Shown here piece after piece: positions 11,501-17,463 of a DNA stretch of 64,000 nt (position 1 is the stretch's first letter; every line of letters starts with the position of its first letter). A program made the translations under genes and the position numbers. Below the pieces are notes generated by a model. That model was not told where the DNA came from, made no database searches, and was given only the letters and a program-made list of their open reading frames with translations. Where the stretch lies: NCBI GenBank assembly GCA_964518135.1, contig CAZFEY010000001.1, positions 2,856-66,855 of the forward strand, in the 5' to 3' direction. The DNA comes from an uncultured Candidatus Saccharibacteria bacterium (GTDB lineage Bacteria > Patescibacteriota > Minisyncoccia > Minisyncoccales > 2-12-FULL-40-12).

Positions 11501-12726
11501 TTAGAATCTTTAACGTCTACGTATGTAACCGAGACAGATGCGGCAGCGACAACATCTACCTCCCATTGACTTCCTGGCGTAGTACTCCTTAAGACAATTT
11601 GGTTGGCGCCGGCACCTCCAGTTAAAAGAAGATTGGTAATAGTCTGGGTTGTACCATCGGTGAAGGTAATTTGTTTGGCAGCGGTTATAGAAGTAAAGTT
11701 TTCGAATGTCGTAGAGCCAGAGATTGTTGACACCTTGCCACTGTCGTTAAAAGTCACCGAAGGATTTGCTCCATTAAAAGAACCACTCGTAAAAGCCCAA
11801 CTGCCAGATAATGCTATGGTACCGCCTACATTATATGTGGCGCCATTCAAAGTAAAATTCCCTGAAATAGTTAGTACGCTGGGATCGTTGAAGATCCCGC
11901 TAGTCAAATCAACATTACCAGTAACGCTCAATCTGTTGCCGAATACTTCTAAGACATTGTAAGTTCCGCCGGATTGGGTAAAATTACCACCGACAATAAG
12001 GTTTACAGCCACACTCAATCCTCCTCCAGATAAATCAACATTGCCAGTGGTCTCTGTATTCCCAGTACTTGTAAATGTTCCTCCTGCCACACTTAACGAA
12101 CTAGCCGTGATAGCATTACCCCCATCAGAAAAAGCAGCGATGCTGTTGGCACCAGCCATCGCGAAAGCTCCCATACCCGGTATTGCCACCGTCAAAGATA
12201 TTGAGCCGTCATATCCGTCTGTGGCACCCGCGTCGCCCGTAATAGTTAATGATTCTCCAGCTGATCCCCAAGTGCCGAGATTGTCAATGGTGACATTTTT
12301 ATCATTGGTGCTGTTAAAAGTTACTGTGTCTCCAGCGGCTGGGGCGCCATCTGGCAACCAGTTAAGATCATCTGACCAGTTTTCTGTTAATCCTTCACCG
12401 TCCCAAACTTTTGCTTCGGCCTTGACTAAAAAAGGAATAGAGGAAAACAATACCAGAATCAACAAAAATAATGTTCCAAATAAAGAAAGCCAGTGGGTAA
12501 TCTGGGCGTAAGGATTCAGATGCCAACGGTAATACGCAACTGATTTTCGTAATAAGTATCTATGCAAAGGAGCCAACTGCGGAATAGTGGTTTTTTTGGC
12601 AGAGTATGGAATCAGAAAAAGCCATTCGTTGAGCTCTTGGACTTTTTTTGAACGTTCCCTTTTCTCTTTCTCCATTTTAGCGATTCGCCTTTCTTCTTTT
12701 GTTTGAAAAATCCGCCCAAAGGCCAT
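5554..12726 (-). CDS. Giant 2390-aa membrane-anchored surface protein: beta-helix-like repeats, Cys/Trp repeats, C-terminal TM segments and carboxypeptidase-regulatory-like domains
   Basis: N-terminal TM, four ~255-aa G/N/T-rich repeats, nine WC-x16-C repeats, WGTVYDS.TKQPL and TDLDGRYGFLAEPGKY motifs. Confidence 0.75.
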   Translation of the reverse strand: MAFGRIFQTKEERRIAKMEKEKRERSKKVQELNEWLFLIPYSAKKTTIPQLAPLHRYLLRKSVAYYRWHLNPYAQITHWLSLFGTLFLLILVLFSSIPFLVKAEAKVWDGEGLTENWSDDLNWLPDGAPAAGDTVTFNSTNDKNVTIDNLGTWGSAGESLTITGDAGATDGYDGSISLTVAIPGMGAFAMAGANSIAAFSDGGNAITASSLSVAGGTFTSTGNTETTGNVDLSGGGLSVAVNLIVGGNFTQSGGTYNVLEVFGNRLSVTGNVDLTSGIFNDPSVLTISGNFTLNGATYNVGGTIALSGSWAFTSGSFNGANPSVTFNDSGKVSTISGSTTFENFTSITAAKQITFTDGTTQTITNLLLTGGAGANQIVLRSTTPGSQWEVDVVAAASVSVTYVDVKDSNSINGGTVTAITSTNSDNNTNWLFQIDITVFNNSGDNLNDTTIAINGGLPTSLVPATSDILAGANITFTMQHYFSDGDIITFYSGGAGEDVAIVTVATTTTNIADFTVSSLDTVTARHETAGPITNADFSTGEGGLAVPFSVAGSDLTLDAGVDFIVWTNKTYTPGGNLISDDVTIQAGANFNAETYTATLSGNWSNSGTFTPGSSTVEFNGTEIAVYTLNNGSSSFWHLTINLSGAGGSIALDTNNLDVDGNFRLQDGTFNANALNQNYAGGFTLDLGTGYTKGGALTFDGATDTAIYTDSTAATQNIGTVVIGGGAGKKITLASNMTVDTMLIDADNTLDLGSNSYVLDLKDVFLVPLPGHPAERDSLRVDGTLTPGTSTVKYSAVFGGGNMLVTNTTYNSLQVSGAETYVLLGNLTGANALTGNITIDNVSTLSADVVQNYGITLAGNWDNNWVFTPGSGTVTFNAAAGTQTIDNGPNSSFYNLTLSNAGIKQLDTNLLDVDGTFSLQGGTFDANGLSQVFSGDVELLANTTYTKGGTVTFNHGLGITYTDSNDTKQNIGTVRLLSAAAAPPDNQLTLLSSMTVDTMTINIDNVLDLNSNNYTLDLQGVLTAAVHGDGVGDSLIVIGTLTPGTSTVKYSGVIVGNNIEVTTTTYNSLQFSGAETYELLGNLTGGNALTGSLTIDSGATLDAVDGQNYNITLAGNWSNAGTFTPRSNTVTFNAGVGTQDLNSGGVGAGKSFNGLTHSGDGTLRLITNAVDIDGGFINSAGIFNANGQDMYVGGGSGWANSAIFTHGNNTVVFDYPGAPPPFPLLDPGASAFWNLTIDYTGGGMLTLANSPLDVDGNFRLQAGTFNTNALDQNYAGSFTLDADTTYTKGGTLTFDGATDTAIYTDSTAVKQDIGEVIIGGGVGKEITLASSMTVNSLDVSTTLNLGVGSYTLNLAGGSSGIWADPAEIAHVLRVTGTLNPGTSTVQYSGVNGAINITVTITPYSSLQLSGAETYILEGNHTGANALTGSLTIDNGATLDAVFGGDYNITLAGNWDNNGTFTPREGLVTFSAAAGTQALDSGGVGAGFLFNHLTHSGAGILQLTNNALDVDGNFLQSAGTFDTNALSQNYAGNFTLDAGTTYTKGGTLTFDGVEDNNYTDSTAVKQNIGAVVIGGGAGNELTLASSMTADIMTVNANNTLDLASNGYILNLANAGAVATVLTVNGTLTPGTNSTVQYSATNAAGNINVTTTTYNSIQFSGAETYVPVGNLTGANALTGSLTIDAAANLNADGKNITLGSNWTKNGIFSHSNNTVTFNDATQTSTISGNSTFWNFSCTTPGKTLAFQSDSTQTITSPASWEIAGAAGNNINLERAGGAGADQWNINPAAWNVDFVNVGNSVNQAALPIDPVHFVDNGNNINWFPAAVMTWCVKENAFIPQGEWTSARCDVPGGGGGPVNQWCEKEQQFIPQDEWTEERCAPDGTLWCEAEQQFIPEEEWSVDRCVPPPLTVWCEDEQRFIPQDEWTEERCVPEGAKWCEFEQHFIPEQDWTEERCTPPGTKWCGAEKQYIPIEQWTEGRCITPILKWCMKERQYIPEQDWTERRCVTDGARWCEVEQRYMPEEEWTVDRCVPPGTQWCEIEQEYISIEEWTEERCVPAVPEEEEEQKGIIDIVRGWLNSPAAEDTAKAIAMTGLIVSGLGLIGFIPISPANWGLQLLRLLSSLMIAFGLKRKSKGWGTVYDSITKQPLDPAYVMLQNEKGEEVTTSITDLDGRYGFLAEPGKYTMVANKTHYKFPSKALYGRSNDEIYSNLYFGGEVEVGEKGDVVARDIPLDREKFDWNEFAKKQKNLMKLYSQTEITFRQLADILFVVGFASAIVSVLLAPERANLIVVLLYMLLGVLISLNIKTRTFGTLSEKDTGLPLSFAILRIFNADVDKEMVKRVANQYGRYYILVPPGKYYLKIEKKNDDGSYSHIFTSKVMNVKSGVIQNRFAI
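6565..7248 (-). repeat. Nine tandem ~25-aa WCExEqqfIPxxeWTeeRCvP repeats
   Basis: Nine units counted in the translation, about 75-nt period. Confidence 0.9.
7680..10930 (-). repeat. Four ~255-aa intragenic repeats
   Basis: LDVDG...YTKGG.LTF...YTDS...QNIG...LTPGTSTVKYS recurs near 10750, 9985, 8965 and 8200; boundaries approximate. Confidence 0.8.
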
Positions 12727-12882
12727 TTTAAAGATTATTAATTAATACCTATCTAAAGATTTGACCACGAACACAAAACAAATCTCAATCTCGAAACTTT
12801 ATCTATATTATAAAATAATAACACAACGCAAGATAAAAAAAACGGCATTTCTGCCGTTCTTAAAGTCGCGCTCTTGGCAAGA

Positions 12883-13317
12883 TCATCCGTCGTCCAACAA
12901 TCTTGCATCGATTGGACCATCGAGAGAATCTTTGAATTTTAACAACTCTTCATCCCCTTGATCAAATCTCTCTTCTATGCTTCTTGCGACCTCTGCCATC
13001 AGCATAGAGACAACGATTTTCTTCACCACTTCTTCGCGCTTTCTCTTGTTGCTGTCGTCAACAAAAGAGCTGCCCGTTATCAACCTGCATAGCACAGCAT
13101 CCTCCTCCAGAACCTTTCTGATCGCAGGATAATTACCCCACACAAAGAACTCCGTAAATGCCCTATAACTTTCGAGGTCCAAGGAGCCCCTATTGAGGAC
13201 GTCGCACAGACGAAGTAGCGTTTCTCTGCAGCGCAGCAAATGATCTCTGGCGGCTTCGGGACTACCCTTCTCATTGGGGAAATGGTCTTCTTTTCTGTTT
13301 TTTCTATTTTTTGCCAC
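12883..13317 (-). CDS. Hypothetical protein (ORFan-like)
   Basis: Open frame; GTG start preceded by AGAGGT SD-like motif; terminator-like hairpin downstream at ~12835-12860. Confidence 0.55.
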   Translation of the reverse strand: MAKNRKNRKEDHFPNEKGSPEAARDHLLRCRETLLRLCDVLNRGSLDLESYRAFTEFFVWGNYPAIRKVLEEDAVLCRLITGSSFVDDSNKRKREEVVKKIVVSMLMAEVARSIEERFDQGDEELLKFKDSLDGPIDARLLDDG

Positions 13318-13412
13318 TGGCGCACCTCTTTTAGACGTTAAAGTTACTAACACAAATCATACCAAAGGCTAGCGCAAAAACAATCCAATACGCTATTTGA
13401 CACGATTAATGT

Positions 13413-14051
13413 TTAATTACGGTCTCGAAGAAAATAAATGCCGACATAAGACAAAGGAGTATAAACAGCTCCCATTGCTACCTTATAAAGCCACCAAGTA
13501 ATAATAATGCTTATGAGCGTAGGCGTTGAATACACTCCCGCAAACGCTATTACCATAAAAATTACCGTATCTAGAAATTGCGACCAAAGATTAGAAAGCA
13601 TTGATCTTAACCAGAAAAATTTCACGCCCATTTTTTCTCGCAAAAAGAAAAACGAAAATACATCTTGATATTCTGCAATTAGGAATGCAGCCAAAGAAGC
13701 TACGGCAATACGAACAGAAACACCAAAGACCTGATTATATCCTTCTTTTACCCATTCACCGTCAGCAGACCATGGTAGCGCAATCGAAAGAAGAGAATAA
13801 ACAATAAACAATGCCGTACTGATAAAACCGGCTAAAACAAAAAACTTTGCAGTTTTCTTTCCATAAACTTCTCCAATAACATCTGTCATCAAAAAAACAA
13901 CCGGAAAAGAAAATACAGCCACAGACAAATGAGAACCGAACAAAAATGGCATTATTTTCAACCCCAAAGTATTTGCCGCAAACAAAGAAGTAAGATAAAT
14001 CGCAAGAGCAATAAGAATTTTTTTGAATGATTTTTCAGGAAATTGAAACAT
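13413..14051 (-). CDS. yhhQ: Queuosine precursor transporter (Vut_1/YhhQ family)
   Basis: FP..FL.TD.I.EVYG, R.A.ASL.AFLI.E..D, LRS..SN..SQ..DT.IF motifs; start taken at MFQFPEK. Confidence 0.88.
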   Translation of the reverse strand: MFQFPEKSFKKILIALAIYLTSLFAANTLGLKIMPFLFGSHLSVAVFSFPVVFLMTDVIGEVYGKKTAKFFVLAGFISTALFIVYSLLSIALPWSADGEWVKEGYNQVFGVSVRIAVASLAAFLIAEYQDVFSFFFLREKMGVKFFWLRSMLSNLWSQFLDTVIFMVIAFAGVYSTPTLISIIITWWLYKVAMGAVYTPLSYVGIYFLRDRN

Positions 14052-14298
14052 AAAAATAAATAATTTAGTTGATAATAAATAAGTTTGTTTTTTCAAATAA
14101 AAAACCGCCTGATAGGGCAGAAACAAACTAATTCAAAATCTACCCTACGGTCTAAAAGAATGAAACTTCATATACAAACCCAGACCAAGTTTTAATCCTA
14201 TAGTTATGAAGCATATATTTTAGTTGTAGTTAAACATATTTAATCTTGATGGACCTAGCCAGAATCGAACTGGCGACTGATTAATGTCCCGACAGTTC

Positions 14299-14372
14299 TG
14301 GTGGACCCAGGCGGACTCGAACCGCCGTTTCCGCAATGCGAATGCGACGTCTTACCGCTGGACCATGGGCCC
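14299..14372 (-). tRNA. tRNA-Ala(CGC), inner and intact, CCA encoded
   Basis: GGGCCCA/TGGGTCC acceptor with G3:U70, loop TT-CGC-AT, GGCGG TTCGAGT CCGCC. Confidence 0.93.
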
Positions 14373-14398
14373 GCCAGAACTGTCGAGGATCCTCGTAT

Positions 14399-14647
14399 TT
14401 ATAAATTTTTTGAAATTAATCCTTCGATCGCACGTCTCTTTTTCCAAGATTTAATCTGCAACTCTCTTTCTTTGGCATCTTTTAATAATCTATACTCTTC
14501 TTTATGCACAATTTCCCAGGGAATATATCTTTTCGTAGATTTAACTAGGCCTTTGTTATGTAAGCTAATTCTTATTTCCAAATCTTCACAACTACCGATA
14601 TAAAATGAATTATTTTTCTCAGATTTTAAAATGTATGTATAAAACAT
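14399..14647 (-). CDS. Small GIY-YIG endonuclease inside the tRNA-Ala insertion
   Basis: YTYILKS...FYIGSC.DL..R...HN.G...STK...PW...A..RE.QIKSWK. Confidence 0.9.
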   Translation of the reverse strand: MFYTYILKSEKNNSFYIGSCEDLEIRISLHNKGLVKSTKRYIPWEIVHKEEYRLLKDAKERELQIKSWKKRRAIEGLISKNL

Positions 14648-14734
14648 TTTAAAAAATTTATAAATCGGGACGAATGCGCCGTTCTGCCATTTAACTACAG
14701 GCCCTACTATATATATGTCGGGGTGCCGGGAATT

Positions 14735-14776
14735 CCCGCCTGCCTATCACTATCGCTTTAGGCGATGGCGGGCAGG
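14735..14776 (-). repeat. 42-bp REP-like palindrome in the T-loop
   Basis: CCTGCCCGCC ATCGCCTAAAGCGAT AGTGATA GGCAGGCGGG. Confidence 0.85.
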
Positions 14777-14818
14777 GAACCCGAATTACTGACTTTCACC
14801 TACCGTCGCCTTATTTTG

Positions 14819-14889
14819 TCGGGGTACCCAGATTCGAACTGGGGTCACACGAACCCGAATCGTGTATACTACCACTGTACTATACCCCG
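14819..14889 (-). tRNA. tRNA-Pro(CGG), inner and intact
   Basis: CGGGGTA/TACCCCG, CACGA TT-CGG-GT TCGTG, CCCAG TTCGAAT CTGGG. Confidence 0.93.
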
Positions 14890-15021
14890 TATCAGGCTTA
14901 TGGCGGACGAGGCCGAAGCCAGCGTAATACCGTTATACCACACCCCGAAAAACTCCCCCAGACAAGATAATATGGATTTTGGGACAATCCGCAACCTTCA
15001 ACAAAACAAATCCTCAAGAGC

Positions 15022-15148
15022 AAGGGATTTTATTGCTTGGGGAACATCCGCAGGCAAATTGCATGGTTCCGCGAAGCGGAAATTTGCCGAGGAACCGAGC
15101 TTGTCCCGCGCTGGCGGGACAGGGCGTATCCCCAAATATAAAATCCTT
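15022..15148. repeat. Composite of nested palindromes
   Basis: ggattttat/ataaaatcc, ttgggga/tccccaa, ggcaaatt/aatttgcc, ttccgc-gaa-gcggaa, tgtcccgc-gctg-gcgggaca. Confidence 0.7.
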
Positions 15149-15159
15149 GAAGCTCCCCC

Positions 15160-16683
15160 CTAACTCACCCAATACTTTTTCTTCGTCATCTCATCCTTTT
15201 TTACTATCAATTGTTCTTTGTCTTTCCTAGATTTTTTAACTAAAGACGTTAATTCTTTATCGGACAACTTACCTAGCTTTTCAGTTTCTTTTTTTAAAAA
15301 CGCTTTTTTGTTGTTTTTTGGATCTTCCAAGATAATCCCCAATAAAATATCCAAAATTTGTCCAACTTTCGGTCCTGGTTTCATTTTCAGAATTTTCATA
15401 ACATCATTCCCTGAAACCTTCAGCATTTTTGCCGAAATCGGGTCTTGCGAGACTTTATCAATGATATATTTAAGATGTCTTAATTTGTATGGTTCGGCCT
15501 TGGGAACGCCAGAACCAATTCTATCTGCCATTCTTAATTGCAAAAGTTCTTCCATATTTTCTATTCCTACCTGACGAACCAGCCTGCGCACAGACGACTC
15601 TCCAACCTCGTCCACATTATAATAAAATAGGTGATAACGAACTAGTTTTGTTATTTTCTCAATGTCTTTATTGGAAAATCTAAGACGATCTAGAATCTGA
15701 CGAGCCATTTTGGCCCCGACAATTTCGTGCCCATAAAAAGTTGAATCTGACCCTTCGCCATGCTTAACTCTTGGCTTTGCAATATCGTGCAACAAAGAGG
15801 CTATTCTTACGTTCTTGTTAAAATTTTTCTTTGCGGCAAAGTCGAGCGCCCTCATATTATGCTCATAACAAGAGTATATATGATGTTTATTCTGACCAAT
15901 ATTATAACCCTCTTCAAGTTCTGGCAAGATATGTTTCAAGAGCGAAAGTTCTCTTAACAACTCTATCCCGCCCATTGCACTTTCTGACATTATAATTTTC
16001 GAAAACTCGTCTCTTATTCTTTCTTGCGAAATATACCTAATCAAATCAGAGTTTTCCTTAATGGCTTTGGCCGTTTCATTTTCTATGTTCCAACCCATTG
16101 TGGTCGCAAAACGAACAGCCCTCATCATTCTCAAAGCGTCTTCTGAAAACCTTTCTCTGGGATTTCCAACGGCTCTAATCAGCTTTTGTTGTAAATCTTC
16201 CTGCCCATTAAAAAGATCTACGACCTTAAAACCTAAATCTTGAAGCTTAAAATCTGAATCTTTTTTTGTCGGTGCTTTAAGCTTTAAGCTTCGCGCTTCA
16301 AGGCCTAACGCTATTGCGTTTACTGTAAAATCGCGCCTAGCTAAATCTTCTTCAAGATTTTTAGCAAAACCGATGTTGTCTGGATGGCGCTTGTCCGTGT
16401 ATTTCGCTTCTTTTCGGAAGGTAGTAATTTCAACTTCTTTCAGTGAAACTTTTTTGCTGCCAGTTTGAACTGTTACCGTAAGAAATTTATTTTCACAAAA
16501 ACTATCTGGGAATATCTTTTGTATCTCTTCTGGCTTAGCATCGGTAGTTATGTCCCAATCCTCGGGATCTGCTCCTCGTAAAATATCCCTAACACACCCT
16601 CCTACAACATAGGCACCATATCCGCTTTTATGAAGTTTTTGGATAATATTCTTTATTTCCTTCGGTATTTCTATTTTTACCAT
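15160..16683 (-). CDS. cca: CCA-adding tRNA nucleotidyltransferase with HD domain
   Basis: YVVGGCVRD, D.DITT, DLARRDFTVNAIA, EDALRMMRAVRF, LLHDIAKP; start taken at MVKIEIP. Confidence 0.9.
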   Translation of the reverse strand: MVKIEIPKEIKNIIQKLHKSGYGAYVVGGCVRDILRGADPEDWDITTDAKPEEIQKIFPDSFCENKFLTVTVQTGSKKVSLKEVEITTFRKEAKYTDKRHPDNIGFAKNLEEDLARRDFTVNAIALGLEARSLKLKAPTKKDSDFKLQDLGFKVVDLFNGQEDLQQKLIRAVGNPRERFSEDALRMMRAVRFATTMGWNIENETAKAIKENSDLIRYISQERIRDEFSKIIMSESAMGGIELLRELSLLKHILPELEEGYNIGQNKHHIYSCYEHNMRALDFAAKKNFNKNVRIASLLHDIAKPRVKHGEGSDSTFYGHEIVGAKMARQILDRLRFSNKDIEKITKLVRYHLFYYNVDEVGESSVRRLVRQVGIENMEELLQLRMADRIGSGVPKAEPYKLRHLKYIIDKVSQDPISAKMLKVSGNDVMKILKMKPGPKVGQILDILLGIILEDPKNNKKAFLKKETEKLGKLSDKELTSLVKKSRKDKEQLIVKKDEMTKKKYWVS

Positions 16684-16779
16684 TAAAATCATTCTATCTT
16701 AAAAATTGATTTTTTCAATCTTTTGAGTTAGGCTTAAAAACAGCATAACGGTTAATATTTCCTAGCAAAATTATCTTAT

Positions 16780-16947
16780 GCCCCCGTGGCAAGGCGCCTC
16801 GCTTCGGACGAGAAAATTGAGGGTTCCCTGCCCGCCATATTTGCCTCCATAGTGAAACGGATATCATACATGGCTTCGGACCATGAGTTCCGGGTTCGAA
16901 TCCTGGTGGAGGTACGGCAAGGCAGGCGGGGAGTCCTTTTGGGGGTA
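16780..16947 (+). pseudogene. Outer tRNA-Arg(TCG), split in the T-loop by a 104-bp insertion; D-arm shortened
   Basis: GCCCCCG...CTCG CT-TCG-GA CGAG...GAGGG TTC | GAGT CCTTT TGGGGGT A; 64 nt after removing 16827-16930. Confidence 0.82.
16843..16914 (+). tRNA. tRNA-Arg(TCG), inner and intact
   Basis: GCCTCCA/TGGAGGT, CATGG CT-TCG-GA CCATG, CCGGG TTCGAAT CCTGG. Confidence 0.93.
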
Positions 16948-17035
16948 CGATTATTTATTTTTGAGCGTAGCGAGAAAACATTTATTTTTATCGTAAAATG
17001 ATATATAATCCGAGAAGAATAATCCATATTGCAAG

Positions 17036-17455
17036 ATGAAAAAGATAATCCTAAATATAATTTTATTGTCTTTTATAATCGGCCTACCCTACATTGCTAA
17101 CGCACAACCAGTTGGCTTAGTGCCTTGCGGTAACATTGGCGAACCACCCTGTCAACTCTGCCACATATTTATTCTCTTTAATAACATTATCTCATTCTTG
17201 CTTGTTCCTGGTAATCCCTTTGGGGGATTCCCTGTGGTACTTGCTATCGCTGGACTAATGATATTATGGTCAGGATTCTTATATATAATGAGCTTTGGGG
17301 ACCCTAAGAACCTAATCAAATCAAGAGAAATACTAAAAGCAACGGGCCTTGGATTGTTAATAGTTTATGGCGCTTGGGCTGCTGTTAACACATTGTCATG
17401 GTTCGGCATTATTCCGAATAACTGGTTTACGATTAACTGCCCTATTATTCCTTAA
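17036..17455 (+). CDS. CPR-type VirB2/TrbC-like pilin
   Basis: Signal peptide, GLVPCG..PCQLCH, two TM helices around the G..Y..S.GDP..L.K..E.L...G.GLLI motif. Confidence 0.7.
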   Translation: MKKIILNIILLSFIIGLPYIANAQPVGLVPCGNIGEPPCQLCHIFILFNNIISFLLVPGNPFGGFPVVLAIAGLMILWSGFLYIMSFGDPKNLIKSREILKATGLGLLIVYGAWAAVNTLSWFGIIPNNWFTINCPIIP

Positions 17456-17463
17456 AAAACAAC

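Larger units (their letters stand above)
14287..14670. mobile_element. tRNA-carrying GIY-YIG insertion element
   Basis: Ends tcccga/tcggga; 12-bp IR around the inner tRNA; 17/18-bp IR around the GIY-YIG ORF. Confidence 0.75.
14250..14704 (-). pseudogene. Outer tRNA-Ala(CGC), split within the anticodon by a 384-bp insertion
   Basis: 5' half 14671-14704 (GGGCCTG...GCGCA TTCG) and 3' half 14250-14286 (CAT TAATC...GCCAG TTCGATT CTGGC TAGGTCC A); G3:U70 present; anticodon stem pairs only 2/5. Confidence 0.8.
14718..14947 (-). pseudogene. Outer tRNA-Pro(CGG), interrupted twice (anticodon loop and T-loop)
   Basis: Removing 14735-14776 and ~14796-14912 gives CGGGGTG..CTGGC TTCGGAA GTCAG..TCGGG TTCAATT CCCGG CACCCCG A. 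Confidence 0.82.

Noticed and set aside
5554-12726. Diversity-generating retroelement target
   Set aside because: No reverse transcriptase in the window and no repeat pair differing only at adenines was seen.
14287-14670. Group I intron with homing endonuclease
   Set aside because: After subtracting the tRNA and the ORF only about 60 nt remain, too little for a ribozyme core; the outer anticodon stem is also decayed.
14301-15230. ORFs 14301..14603, 14765..15163 and 14979..15230
   Set aside because: They read antisense through tRNAs, the GIY-YIG gene and palindromes; no protein signal.
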